Virus record (IMG/VR): IMGVR_UViG_3300029305_005136
Coordinates: 3,500 to 67,499 of that record
Length of the DNA: 64,000 nt
Strand: one strand, 5' to 3'
DNA from: a virus
Lineage: Duplodnaviria > Caudoviricetes
Part shown: piece by piece, positions 29,881 through 41,955 of the stretch
How positions within the stretch are numbered: position 1 is the first letter of the stretch
Layout: every line of letters begins with the position of its first letter
Position numbers and translations under genes: made by a program
Notes under the pieces: generated by a model
Told to the model about the DNA's origin: nothing
The model's input: the letters and a program-made list of their open reading frames with translations, nothing else
Database searches by the model: none

Positions 29881-30931
29881 TAAGATTCAGCCTAAAGGCA
29901 AAATGAATTTACATACATATTTAGCTGATAATGCTGGATGTGGACATATTCGAGTTATTTTTCCATCATTAATGTTGAATCAGTTTAAATATAAAAATAT
30001 GGTTTTCAATTCAACATTTAATTCATATTTTATAAATGATATTGATTATTATAAGCAGTTATCATTTGTTAAATTTCAAAGATCTATGACTAGTGGACAG
30101 TTGACTTGTATAAACATGTGTTTGCAGATTGCTAGGTCTATGGGATCATTTGGAGTTTTATATGAGGTTGATGATTTATTATCTCCTGATATTCCTGATA
30201 CTAATTTTTCAGCTAAATATTATAAAGAAGCATGAGAAGTAATAAAGCAGATATTAAACACTGTTGATGGTATTATTGTATCGACTGAAACATTGAGAAA
30301 TGAATTATCTAAATATACAGTTAAGAAGATAAATGTTATTAAGAATAGGTTATGTTCATGAATGTGACCTCAGAAGCAGTTTAGTTATAATAAAAATGAT
30401 AAGATTAAGATTTTATGAGCTGGTTCTCAGAATCATTTTTCTGTAAATGGAACAGGTGGAGATTTTAATTCGGAATTGATTGATTTTATTAAGAAAACTG
30501 AAAATGAGATTGAATGGATATTTGTTGGTGCATGTCCTAATGAGTTGAAAGGTAATAATGTGACAATATATCCATGACAAAAGATATTAAGTTTTGGGCA
30601 TTTTTTAGGTTCATTGAATGTTGATATAGGTATTGCTCCTTTAGAAAAGTGTATATTTAATGATTGTAAGTCTAATATAAAATCTCTTGAATTTTGTTCT
30701 TTGGGTATTCCAGGTGTATATAGTGGAGCTAATCCATATAAGAATATGACAATGTCATCTGATGATAAATTTATAGATAATTTACAGAGTTTGATTAAAG
30801 ATGTAGAATTAAGAAAACATATATGGGAAAAGGATTATTCCACATTAAAAGATGAGTTATATTGGGATGATGAGTCATTGCTTGATTATATAAACAAGCA
30901 TCTTAGATTTTATAATAAGTGTTTGGGTTAG
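29864..30931 (+). CDS. glycosyltransferase (GT-B-like; several UGA=Trp)
   Basis: GCGHIR, YEVDD, DIGIAPL..N..KSNIK.LE; joins track ORFs 29855 and 30614. Confidence 0.8.
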
Positions 30932-30942
30932 GAGAAAATGTT

Positions 30943-31512
30943 ATGAATGAAAGATTAGAGAATGTAATGAAGAGTTCTCAGTTGTTGTATGATAATAAGT
31001 TTACCCAGTTTAGGCGTGTTATTAGTGATAAGATAAATGGGTATACATTTTTGCATGAGATAAGGTGTGATGGGGAGATTATATCAATTTTACCATATAG
31101 GATTGATGAAGATAGTGGTGAGTTTGAGTTTTTGGTGAGAAGTGAAGCTACGCCTTGTTGGGAGATAGAGAAGCCTGTGTTATCATCTATAACAGGTGGG
31201 GTTGAAGCTAATGATACAGTTGAGATGACTGTTATTAAAGAATTGGAAGAAGAAACAGGTTATAAAGTTTATCCAGATAAGTTGATTTATTTAGGTGAGT
31301 GTTATGGAACTAAGAGTGTTAGTACTGAATATTATATATATTCAGTTGATTTAACTGGGTATGAACAGACATCACCATTATGTATTGAGAGTGAGCTTGA
31401 TGAACTTTCTGGATGTGAGTGGGTATCTGAAGATGAGTTAACAAATCTTAAGGATCCGTTTATATTTGTAGCATATACAAGGTTGATGAAATATTTATTT
31501 AGGGATGAGTAG
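30943..31512 (+). CDS. Nudix hydrolase
   Basis: GGVE......V.KELEEETG Nudix box. Confidence 0.88.
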   Translation: MNERLENVMKSSQLLYDNKFTQFRRVISDKINGYTFLHEIRCDGEIISILPYRIDEDSGEFEFLVRSEATPCWEIEKPVLSSITGGVEANDTVEMTVIKELEEETGYKVYPDKLIYLGECYGTKSVSTEYYIYSVDLTGYEQTSPLCIESELDELSGCEWVSEDELTNLKDPFIFVAYTRLMKYLFRDE

Positions 31513-32277
31513 ATGTTGGACGAGCAAGATATTTATATATGTTTTAGAACTGTTCAAAGTTCTAAATTGAATAGGCCGTGTAGGATTCCTAAGGATTGGA
31601 ATAAGCATTTTGAAACAAAGTTTAAGCCAGAGCAGAGAGAAGCTTTGAGGAAGATGAAGAGGTATTTGGCTACTACATGGTCTAATATAGATTTGGAGAA
31701 ATATTTTGCTTGTGGGTTTGAGTTATATAAGACGTTTTCGTATCATCAGTTTTTTTATCCTCAGGTTTTGAATTTGTATATTCAGAAAGAGAAGAATGTT
31801 AAGAGGAAGACGACAAATATTAAAGCTGAGTTTATCAAGTCAGCAAAGTATGTTAAGATGATGATGTTAAAGGAAAATATATGTAGTTTTAAGCAATATT
31901 ATAGTCAGAGAAATGGGTTTAAGTATGTTGTTGTTTCTGATTATATAAAGAATAATGTAAGTTCTCATTTTTTGTCATATTTGATATATAAGGGATTGAT
32001 AAGTAGGGATTATTGTTTTTCTGATTGTCAGATTCAGGAGATAGTTCAAAAGTGGCATTTGATGAGAAATGAAGTTATTGATAATATAGAGTTTTTTGAT
32101 AGGGTTATATGTGAATTAGAAAATGTCGGAGGTGAATGTGTGATAGAGAATAGTAAGGAAAAGCCTATTTTGAAGAATGTAGAGGAAGAAAAGAAGAATT
32201 TACTTTTGGGTACTGAAATGATAGAAGAAAAAGAGGAGAGTGAGAATAAATATAAAGAGTCAAAGTTAATTGAGTAG
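31513..32277 (+). CDS. hypothetical protein, possibly a gp59-like helicase loader
   Basis: ORF directly upstream of gp32, as in T4; sequence support is weak. Confidence 0.4.
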   Translation: MLDEQDIYICFRTVQSSKLNRPCRIPKDWNKHFETKFKPEQREALRKMKRYLATTWSNIDLEKYFACGFELYKTFSYHQFFYPQVLNLYIQKEKNVKRKTTNIKAEFIKSAKYVKMMMLKENICSFKQYYSQRNGFKYVVVSDYIKNNVSSHFLSYLIYKGLISRDYCFSDCQIQEIVQKWHLMRNEVIDNIEFFDRVICELENVGGECVIENSKEKPILKNVEEEKKNLLLGTEMIEEKEESENKYKESKLIE

Positions 32278-32332
32278 TTCAGTTTAGTTTTCAGTTAATA
32301 TCAGTAAAAACAGTAAAAAGGAGAAAAAGATT

Positions 32333-33292
32333 ATGGGTAAGAAGTGGATTAATAAGGATTTATTTCAGAAGTTCAAGTCAGAAGTTCAAGAAGATGCAGA
32401 TCGTAAAACACAAACAAATGATTCCTATACATGGAAGAATCCTGAGCCTGGTACAACATCTAATCCAAAGGAATATAAGATTAGGTTGCTCCCGGATAAG
32501 GAAGGGCATTTTTATAAGAAGATGTTTTATCATATGTTTCAGGTGAATGGTGAGTCCTGGAAGTTTTCAATTTGTCCAAAGACATTTGACCAGGAAGATT
32601 ATTGTCCTATTTGTGCTGTAACTGCTAAGTTATATAAGGGTTCAGATGATGATAAGAAGGAAGCACAGAGGTTTAAGCGAAAGGAGAAGTTTATTTCAAA
32701 TATTTTGATTGTAAATGATCCTCGAGATGCTGATAAGGATGATGATCTTAAAGTTTCTGGTAAGGTTATGCTTTATGAGTTTCCTTCAAAGGTTGAACAG
32801 CTTATTAGGAGTTCAATTAATGATAGTGAAAATGGTGTTGGAATGGGAGCATATGATCCAGAAGAGGGTTATAATTTCATTCTTAAAGTTGGATTAACTA
32901 AACCTGATCAGAGTGGTAAGTCATGGCCTAACTATGAAACATCAACATTTGCTCGTCAGAAGTCTGCTATTGCTGATACTGAAGATGAGATTAATGAAAT
33001 CATTGATAAAACTGTTGATATTGTTGAATATTTACAGAAGAAGCTTCCAAATGAGGAAAAGATCATTGAGGATTTAAAAACTGAAAATGTCTTTTCACTT
33101 ATTGAAGATGATTATAACAAGAAGCGTAATATTAAAACTAAAGTTTCGAAGCCAGTAGTTGAGACTGAACCTGAATCTGATGATTTTGAGGAACCTGAAG
33201 AAAAACCAAAGCATGTTGTATCTAAGGTACCTGAAATTGGATTAGATGAAGATGACGAACTTTTAGAAGAATTAAAGCGTTTAGGTGGTTAA
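32333..33292 (+). CDS. T4 gp32-like single-stranded DNA-binding protein
   Basis: IRLLP, YH.F, CPKT..CPIC Zn site, GYNF.LK, acidic C-terminal tail. Confidence 0.9.
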   Translation: MGKKWINKDLFQKFKSEVQEDADRKTQTNDSYTWKNPEPGTTSNPKEYKIRLLPDKEGHFYKKMFYHMFQVNGESWKFSICPKTFDQEDYCPICAVTAKLYKGSDDDKKEAQRFKRKEKFISNILIVNDPRDADKDDDLKVSGKVMLYEFPSKVEQLIRSSINDSENGVGMGAYDPEEGYNFILKVGLTKPDQSGKSWPNYETSTFARQKSAIADTEDEINEIIDKTVDIVEYLQKKLPNEEKIIEDLKTENVFSLIEDDYNKKRNIKTKVSKPVVETEPESDDFEEPEEKPKHVVSKVPEIGLDEDDELLEELKRLGG

Positions 33293-33354
33293 CATTTCAA
33301 TAATGGAGGGATATAATTTTTAATATATCCCTCCAAACATTATAGGAGGCAAAT

Positions 33355-33675
33355 ATGTATTGGTATTATAAAAAAAGTACTGATAGAGTGAATAGAAATT
33401 ATATAACTAAAGTTGGTTCAAATTCTGTATTGTGTCAGTTAGAGCTTCCTGGATATTATAAAGACGATATTGATATTATTTTAGATAAAGAAAATAGGGA
33501 ATTGAAAATTTCAGCTGACAGAGATGATCCATTTTTTGGTAAGTTTAGTGAGTCATATGTTTTAGATATTGGTAATATGTGTGATTTAGATAAATGTATT
33601 AATTATTCATTGGACATGGGAATTTTATCAATAAAATTTGCAAAAAGAGTTAACAAAAGTAAGACATCTAGGTAA
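33355..33675 (+). CDS. small heat-shock (Hsp20-like) protein
   Basis: LELPGY.KDDI.I, GKFS..Y.L, GIL.I.F. Confidence 0.7.
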   Translation: MYWYYKKSTDRVNRNYITKVGSNSVLCQLELPGYYKDDIDIILDKENRELKISADRDDPFFGKFSESYVLDIGNMCDLDKCINYSLDMGILSIKFAKRVNKSKTSR

Positions 33676-33702
33676 AATAGATTTATAAATAAAAACAAAT
33701 AT

Positions 33703-34077
33703 GGGCTCGACTGGTTTTGATTAGACACTGAGAGGTAATTTGCAAGTCGAGGATTATGGTTGGCCTCGTTAAACATCCATATTGCTATAAACGGCAAGCA
33801 TTATTCTTACGCCCAGGCTGCTTAGTCCTGGATGCTTTTAGAAAAGTTTTCTGGAACCCTAAAAGCATACGATTTTTCCAGAATAGATTCCATAAACGTT
33901 TTAATCATTTATAAAATATGGAATTGAAATTCAGAAAATGATTAGCAGCAATAATTGCTACTAAAGCTGTAAAAATTATAGCGAAGCTCTGTTATTCGGG
34001 TAAAAGAATAACTAAACTTGTAGACGATTAGCTTAATGTGATTTAAGACGAGGGTTCGATTCCCTCCGAGTCCACCA
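33703..34077 (+). ncRNA. ssrA: tmRNA; tag (A)GKHYSYAQAA*
   Basis: GGGCTCG/CGAGTCC-ACCA acceptor with G3.U70, T-arm, tag ORF at 33793-33825. Confidence 0.92.
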
Positions 34078-34147
34078 AATTTATATGAAAGGTTAGATTA
34101 TTTATGTAATCTAACCTTCTTTTATATATAATTAAAAAGGATAAAAA

Positions 34148-34877
34148 ATGAGATTTTATAAATTTTTAAATGAAATGGCTGAAGATGAAGTTAAAAATAT
34201 TCTTAGACGAGATTGTCAGAAATTTCTAAATATATTACCTAAAGGACAGTTTTTATATAGACGGATTAGAAAAATTTAAAATGGTTCCAATAGGAAAATT
34301 TGATGTTAGAAAAAGATCTCCTAAAGGAACTTCAGCACGATTATTTAATTTTATTAATGAATGATTGATTAAAAGAGGTCATTGCGACAGAAGTGAATCG
34401 ATGTTTTGTACGTCAAATCGTAATTGAGCATGAGCATTTGGAAGTGTAATGACTGTTTTTCCAATTGGTGATTTCAAATTTACATATATAAAAGCTCAAG
34501 ATTTTAATAATCCGGATAAAAATACAGACTGAAATCCTGAATATTTAATGTGAGCTATAAAAGATAAAATATATTCATTAGATGATGACAGTTTGAAATT
34601 CAAAAAAGGAAAAAATGGTACAGAAATAATTCCATTGGAAAGATTAGGAAAAAACAAGTCAATGAAGATTGATGTTCCTTGTTTTGGAGGTTTTAGTAGA
34701 TTATTAAAACCTTTTACAGGTGAACAATATGTTAAATCAGAACAAATAATAGATGATTTCTTTGTTTCAAATAAAAATCTTGATGTTGCTATTAAGAATA
34801 AATGAGAATTATGATTTGAATGTAAATCATATTATGTAGTCAATCCGGAAATTTTCTTTAATGACAAAAACATTTAA
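34148..34877 (+). CDS. ~242-aa hypothetical protein (MRFYKFLNE N-terminus); needs CGGA(34262)=Gly and UGA=Trp
   Basis: FLYR-G-LE restored; joins track ORF 34593. Confidence 0.75.
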
Positions 34878-34930
34878 CTAATTAAAATATAATATGTTAT
34901 AATTAAACTCATATATAAAGGAGAAAATAT

Positions 34931-35465
34931 ATGAGTTTAATTATAAATTTGTTTCGGTGGTCCAGGAACTGGTAAATCAACTGTTGCTGCAGGTATTTTC
35001 TATGAACTTAAATGCTTAAAGAAAAATGTTGAACTTGTAACTGAATATGCAAAAACACTCGTATACGAAGATAGAAAAAATATCCTTAAACAGGATCAAC
35101 TATATATCTTTGCTAAGCAAAACAGAAAAATCAAAAGATTAATTACTCAAAGACAACTCGATATTATCGTTTCAGACAGTCCAACAATTCTATCAATAAT
35201 CTACAATAAATGATCAGATGACCCTGAAGATGATAGCTTCAACACATTTGTTCTAAATTCTTTTAACAAATATAATAACTTTAATATATTACTAGAAAGA
35301 CAATTCAAATATGACACATTAGGACGATATCAATCATTAGATGAAGCAAAACAAATAGATATAGCTATAAAAGAATTATTAGATACTAATAATATAAAAT
35401 ATATTGAATATGATCCATATAAAGAAACAATCAAATCGTTTATTGAAAGGAATTTAATATGTTAA
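34931..35465 (+). CDS. P-loop NTPase (NadR/Ttd14-like AAA); needs CGGT(34955)=Gly
   Basis: INLF-G-GPGTGKST Walker A, EYAK, VSDSP; not in track. Confidence 0.9.
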
Positions 35466-35683
35466 AAATAAAAAATACAATTGAAGATTTGAATTTCATA
35501 TTCAGTTTATTAAAATTCCAATATGAAAACCAACATTGTGATATATACAGATTATTGGATGTTTTTAAAAGAGATAAACATATAAAATGTTATGAGATTA
35601 ATAAAAATAATGATGATGAAGTGTATGATATAAAGTTGTGTCATATAAATGGAGGTTCATTGTCATATACACTTAAATTTTAA
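35459..35683 (+). CDS. hypothetical protein
   Basis: ORF track. Confidence 0.55.
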   Translation: MLKIKNTIEDLNFIFSLLKFQYENQHCDIYRLLDVFKRDKHIKCYEINKNNDDEVYDIKLCHINGGSLSYTLKF

Positions 35684-35695
35684 TTTCTAGATAAG

Positions 35696-35739
35696 ATAAC
35701 TCTCGTTTTTAGATAAATAAAATAAAAACGAGAGTTATC
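35696..35739. terminator. 16-bp hairpin, terminator-like
   Basis: ATAACTCTCGTTTTTA / TAAAAACGAGAGTTAT. Confidence 0.6.
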
Positions 35740-35743
35740 TAGT

Positions 35744-36283
35744 ATGAAATTTCTGAAATATATAAACTCTATATCCTGAAAAAATAATTTAGATAAAAAC
35801 ATACCTGTTGATGTATTAAAAGATATTAATGATATACAATGTATAAATGTAGTTTCGACGTGTAATGGACATTCTAAAAAGGGACCCAGTTTATATTTTC
35901 AACTAAATAAAAAGGATGTTGAATATAAAACATTTAAGGAATTAAAAGAAATATACAATGACATTCTAGATAACTTAAAAGAAAACTTGAATAACACAAA
36001 GATAAAATGAATATGTTGACTTAATCCCACAGAATTTTTATATGATTCAAATACAGGATATAATCAGAATATATTAAAGCGATATAGTTTTGATTATATC
36101 CTTAATAGTTTATGTTATAAGACTATTATTCAGTTAGAGTGTGTTAGTGATGATTATTGGTGGGATAATGTTTTAGATGCATTGATTAAATTAAAGGTAT
36201 ATATTAATGATAAATTTTCAATAAAGAATTATGTTAAGTTTATAGACAAAAAGAAGTCGAAAGAAATAATAGGTATGAAGTAA
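35744..36283 (+). CDS. hypothetical protein (UGA=Trp)
   Basis: Open 179-aa frame when UGA is read through. Confidence 0.6.
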
Positions 36284-36553
36284 TGAGAAAGATTCAGAGA
36301 ATAGCTAGTTTCATTGATGAATATTATCATAATACGATAGGAATATATTACGGAAAACATAAAGATATAACAGTTGATATGTTAAATGATATGTCATATA
36401 AGCATTATAAATCATATGTTTTTTGTGTTGATTCTGGAAATTTTGATGAATATATACGGGTATAATAATATTGAATTTAGTAATACTGGTAATAGTTTAG
36501 ATGAATTAATTTCGAAAATAAATGATAGATATATTGAGCTTGTGAAGTACTAA
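36283..36553 (+). CDS. hypothetical protein; CGGG(36457)=Gly extends it to 89 aa
   Basis: In-frame CGG two codons before the track stop; +1 frame open to 36553. Confidence 0.6.
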
Positions 36554-36594
36554 AGATTGATGATAAATAAAAATAAAAAATAGGAAAATATAAT

Positions 36595-38568
36595 ATGCCA
36601 TTAACAAAAGTGACAAGTCCTGTATTGGATGATGATATAAATGTAAGTAAAATTAATGGATGTGAAATATCGATATTTGCTAAGCCAAATGCGATACCAA
36701 GAACAAATGATTCCGGTCAATTAGATCCATCATGAGGAACCGGTGGTGGTGGCACTGGCGGTTCTGGTGGTGGCGGGGACATGTATCAGGCAACGTATGA
36801 TACGAATAAAGATGGTATCGTAAACATGGCTGATAAAGCTGTTAAGTTATATACTGATCCTAGAGCAGGACAAGTTTGAGGATGTGAAACAAATGGGGTT
36901 CAAGATTGAATAACATTAGATAAAATATTTTTGGATTATACAACATATGATCCGAATAAAGATGGAAAAGTAGTTGCATCTGAAACTGCTGATAAAATAA
37001 GTGGTGAACCTGGTCCTAATAAATTATGGGGAACTAATGATTTAGGAAAACAGATATGAATGGCAATGGCAAATGGTGATATGTCCCGTGTTATATATGA
37101 TACAAATGCTGATGGAACTGTAAATGCAGCAGATGTAGCAGCTAAAATAAAGGGAAATACAATAGCAAATCAGGTTTGAGGAACGGATCAAGATGGTTTA
37201 CAAACTTGATTAGATCTTAAAATATCTGATATAATGCTTAAAACTGATTATGATACGTCTGGGACTGGAAATAAAGTATCAAGAGCAGTTACAGCAGAAA
37301 AATTAGCATCAGAAACATCAGCTCAACCTGGAACGGTATATTTTAAGAATGATAATGGTCAAGTAACATGGGAATCTTTAGATGTCATTTCATCAAATGC
37401 CATGAGTGTTTATACATATGACCCAGATAAAGATGGTAAAGTAACATCAGCTGAATATGCAGATAAAATATCATCAGCAACAGGAGCAGCATATCCAACA
37501 ATATATGCTAAAATAGATACAGGTGATGCTAAGTTTGTAAGTTTATCAGCAATTGAGCCACATTTAATGTTAAAAACAATATATGATAAAGATAATGATG
37601 GCTATGTTGATTACGCATTAAAAGCAAAATCTATCGATGGTATTGATAATATAACACAAGATGGAAACACAGGTTATGTATATGGTGTTGATTACGCATC
37701 ATATATGCCAGGTTTTTATAAATTAACTGATATTGAACCAGGATTAATATTAGAAAATAAATATTCCACATTATATTTGACATATGGTGGAACATCTGAT
37801 GTAGTAATAGATGAAAATGCGCCTGAAAATTTCTTTGAAAATTATATAAATTCAGGTACATTTTATGCAACAGATACTGCAGTACAAGCAGCATATATTA
37901 GAACTGATTTAATGAATCCACCTAAAAAAGGTTATTCATATGTATTAACAGGTCAAAAATTTAATATAACAACACAACAAGGCGGAGATACATCAAGTCC
38001 AACAATAAGTGGTGGAATGTATGAAACTGCTAAAGATTTTGAATTTGCAACATATTATTGGGCTGGATGAAATGGATTACATGGAGCTAAACTAACATTA
38101 GCAAGTAATATATCAATTCCACAATCTACTGAAACAACAATAAACTGAACGAAAGCTCTCCATAATTCAGAAGATTTATGAAATTCATCAAATCCATCTA
38201 AATTAATCTTCCCTGAAGAAGAATCAGTTTCTAATATAGTAGATGAAGAAACTAATCCAGATGATATAACTCCAAATCAAAAAAGAGCTCCAATGGAATG
38301 ATGCAGAATATGCTTCAATATCAAATTCTTAGAGTCAGAAACATCAACTGGTATGAGAAGAGTTATAGTTAAAAAGAATGATACAGCAATAGCTGAACTA
38401 CCTTATGTTAAAAAAGATAAAGAAAGTGATACAGAAACGAATTGCTGAGGTATTACTGGTCCTATATCAACAACATATGGTGATGTTTTCACATTAACAG
38501 TTTATCATGATAACACAAGCTCTCTTTCCATAGATGCTTCATCATATATCTCATTAGAATTAATCTAA
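36595..38568 (+). CDS. 657-aa virion/tail protein with six YDxxxDGxV repeats (many UGA=Trp)
   Basis: Repeats of about 50 aa, e.g. GGDMYQATYDTNKDGIVNMAD; includes track ORF 37234. Confidence 0.8.
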
Positions 38569-38675
38569 AAATATGAAAATCCTTCTAATTTAATAGAAGG
38601 ATTTTCTATTCTCAAAATTCAGTTAACAAAATAATATATCTAATATAAAATTCAAATCAAAAAAAAGGATTATAT

Positions 38676-39371
38676 ATGTTATATATCATTGGTGATACAC
38701 ATGGTGATTGATCTTGTCTTAACTCTACTGTTAATAAATTAGTACAAAATAAAGATGATAACATTGATATTATTATAACAGGAGATTTTGGATATTGACC
38801 TAAATTTGATGATTATAATATTGATAAAATAAAAACATTTGATGATAGAGTCAAATATTATTTTTGTCCTGGTAATCATGAAGATTGGTGAAGTTTACTT
38901 AATATAGATACAACTGAAAATAAAATAGTTGAGATACATAAAAATATATTTTATTGTTCATTTGGTGCAGTAAAAGTATTTAATGGATATAATTTCTTAT
39001 TTTGTGGTGGTGCAGATAGTGTTGATAAAAATCAGAGAACACTGGGCTTTGATTGATTTCCTCAGGAAGTAATATCAACAAAAGATATGTATCAATTACC
39101 TGAAAAAGCTAAAATAGATGTTATTATATCACATACATGTCCAACTTTTTGTTTAAATTATTTGAAGTTACCATGAATAAGTAATATGAAGGACTGTTCA
39201 TGTGATTTCTTACAATGTGTTCATCAAATTTATAATCCTAAATTATGATTTTTTGGACATTTTCATAAATTTCATACATTTAACTCATACGGAACTAAAT
39301 TTGTTTGTTTAGATTATTGTAGAGGACATTCAAGATATTTAGTTAACTTTAACGATTATATTGGAGATTAA
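38676..39371 (+). CDS. calcineurin-like metallophosphoesterase (UGA=Trp)
   Basis: IGDTHG, GDFG, PGNHED, ISHTCP, WFFGHFH. Confidence 0.88.
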
Positions 39372-39372
39372 A

Positions 39373-40215
39373 ATGTCTTATTTTAATGCTGAAAATTTAA
39401 CAATATCTGTTCCTGGTACTGAATGTAATCTTAATTGCCCATATTGTATATCAAAAATAACAGAATCTGTTGAATATAATGATTTATTATTTTTTAGAAA
39501 TATTGATAAAGTTAAAACAGTTGCGTTGAGTTCTAATGTTAGTTCAGTTCTTATTACAGGTAAAGGAGAACCAACACTTAGCAATGCGTTATATAAAATA
39601 ATATTAGAGTTTAATACATTTCCTATAGAACTCCAAACAAATGGTATTGTATTTGAAAATAATAATGATAAAGTATACAGAACATTGCATGACCTTGTAT
39701 ATAATGGATTAGATACAATTTCAATATCAATGGATTATATATATAAGAATCCAATTAATAGAATTAATAATATGTCACGCTTTTTTGAATATGTTAAAAA
39801 TATGGACATAAACGTAAGGTTGTCAATTAATATTACAGATCAAGCAGATGTTTATTTTCATGAATTAATTAAAATATGTAAAGACAACAATATAAATCAA
39901 TTGATATTTAGAAATATAACACTACCTATATATACAAATGAAAATAGAGTAACTAAATGGATAAAGGAAAATACACGTCTTGGATTATATAAAGAGTTAT
40001 ATAATACAATTATGACTGATATTATTCCATATAGTAAATTGATACGAACAACGAGATTTGGAATGAATATTTGGGATTATGAAGGAATTTCTATTGCTTT
40101 ATCTGATAATTGTATTCAGGAGAGTAATAATACAAATGATATTAGGTCTTTGATATATCAGGCTGATGGACATTTATATACATCTTGGAATTCTAAGGCT
40201 AGTAGGATATTTTAA
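39373..40215 (+). CDS. radical SAM protein
   Basis: CNLNCPYC, TGKGEP, QTNG. Confidence 0.88.
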   Translation: MSYFNAENLTISVPGTECNLNCPYCISKITESVEYNDLLFFRNIDKVKTVALSSNVSSVLITGKGEPTLSNALYKIILEFNTFPIELQTNGIVFENNNDKVYRTLHDLVYNGLDTISISMDYIYKNPINRINNMSRFFEYVKNMDINVRLSINITDQADVYFHELIKICKDNNINQLIFRNITLPIYTNENRVTKWIKENTRLGLYKELYNTIMTDIIPYSKLIRTTRFGMNIWDYEGISIALSDNCIQESNNTNDIRSLIYQADGHLYTSWNSKASRIF

Positions 40216-40242
40216 TGAAAAGGGACCATATGGTCCCTTTTA

Positions 40243-40539
40243 TTATTTCATCATTGAGTCAAGGATGACTTTTTCTTCATCTGTGTCAGCGTAATGTTTA
40301 AGTTTTTCAATGAATTCTTTATGAGCATTCTTGAAGTGTTTAAACTCATCTAACATCATTGTTCTTTTATCCATATCTTTTTTCATTGATGCAATGAAGT
40401 GAGTTTTGTAATGAAGATAATCACAAAATTCTCCTTTCATTTTATTGAACAATCATTTTAGTTTTTCAGCATGTTCATCTAAAGCGTAGTTGTCGAGATA
40501 ATGAACTTTGTCATCATCTATAATAATCATGTTTTTCAT
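40243..40539 (-). CDS. hypothetical protein (UGA=Trp)
   Basis: Extends track ORF 40243-40452. Confidence 0.6.
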
Positions 40540-40541
40540 AT

Positions 40542-40877
40542 TTACACCATATCCTTTGCTATTCTATGGATTTCTTCAATATCATTGGCATCGATAACTC
40601 AACCCATGATTTCTAGTTTTTGTGTTTTTTCTATGACAAATTTCATAACTTCATGAGCTTTGTCGATATCTATATTTCCGTCTTCATTCATTATTTCAGA
40701 GGCTTTAAGAAAATCAATATTTTTCTGAGACTTAAAAAAGTTAGAGATAACTTTATTTGCTAAAAATATTGAACCTCATGCTGCCGCAGCAAGTAAACCT
40801 GATGCTTTAGGAACAACGAACCTCTCAATATATTGTGAAACTATTAAAGGAATTTTTGCTTGTGATACCAATAACAT
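40542..40877 (-). CDS. hypothetical protein (UGA=Trp)
   Basis: GGAG RBS; open 111-aa frame. Confidence 0.65.
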
Positions 40878-40941
40878 TATGTTCTCCTTTTAGATGTTAG
40901 CTACCTTTTGGGTAGCTAACAAGATTGATTTTATGATATTA

Positions 40942-41601
40942 CTAGCCAGTTGTAGTTGTATCAGATGTTGAATCTGTTACTGTACAAGCAGGAGCTGGTA
41001 ATGGACATACAGAAGTTATTGGAAGTTTTAATGTTCCAGGCATGAAATGACCGTCAACATATTCTTTTAATGAGATATCACCACATGTTCTGCGTTCAGC
41101 TTCTAGAGCAATAGCTTGAGCTGTTTCTTCTTTTAACGCATGGATACGTGAATTTGTATTTGTTGCCAAACACTTAATTTCACTTAGAAGTTGTGTATTA
41201 ACATTATCAATCTTTGTATCCAATGTTGAATACAAGCACTTGATTTCTGTTCTATTTACAGCTTCGCGTTTATCAAGTTCAGCTATAGCTTGAAATGCTT
41301 CTTTCATATTAGCTTGCATTTTTTCATCATTTTTATTTGATAATGCAATAGCTTCTTTATATGTATTGATACCAATTCCATCAGCATAACGTTCAGCTTC
41401 TAATTTAGCTAAACGTTCACGTAATACAGCACTTTCTTTTGACTCATATTGATTGCAACAATTTCCACCACCAAATAAATTACCTAACAAACCGCCACCA
41501 CCGTTACAACAATTATTGGAATTCAATAATCCCAATGCTGTACCAGCAATACCTAAACCAAGGCCAGAACCAGCCACACCCTTAGATGCAAATTCACCCA
41601 T
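40942..41601 (-). CDS. hypothetical protein with Gly-rich N-terminal membrane segment and coiled coil
   Basis: GGAGG RBS; MGEFASKGVAGSGLGLGIAGTALG. Confidence 0.75.
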   Translation of the reverse strand: MGEFASKGVAGSGLGLGIAGTALGLLNSNNCCNGGGGLLGNLFGGGNCCNQYESKESAVLRERLAKLEAERYADGIGINTYKEAIALSNKNDEKMQANMKEAFQAIAELDKREAVNRTEIKCLYSTLDTKIDNVNTQLLSEIKCLATNTNSRIHALKEETAQAIALEAERRTCGDISLKEYVDGHFMPGTLKLPITSVCPLPAPACTVTDSTSDTTTTG

Positions 41602-41955
41602 ATTGTCCTCCTTAGAACTTAAGGTGAGGTCAACCATCCACCGCATCAACTCGTAGCAACAAACACTACAAATTTGCAGGTCAACCATTTACGGACAATA
41701 TACAATTTGCTCTCTTCTATATCACGGAATAATAGATAGAAATTCTTTTAAACCTAATTTTCGGAGGGGAATAAAAAGAATAATATTTTTCTATTTCTAT
41801 TTATAAAAAAGTTACTCCAGAACCACTTTTATTTATAATATCTAATGAGGTAAATCAAATGAAATCAAAGACGATTTATATAAAAATAAGTTAAATCATG
41901 GTTGGTCAATGAAATTTATTGAAAATTCTTCATTTAATTTTATGAAAAATATTGT

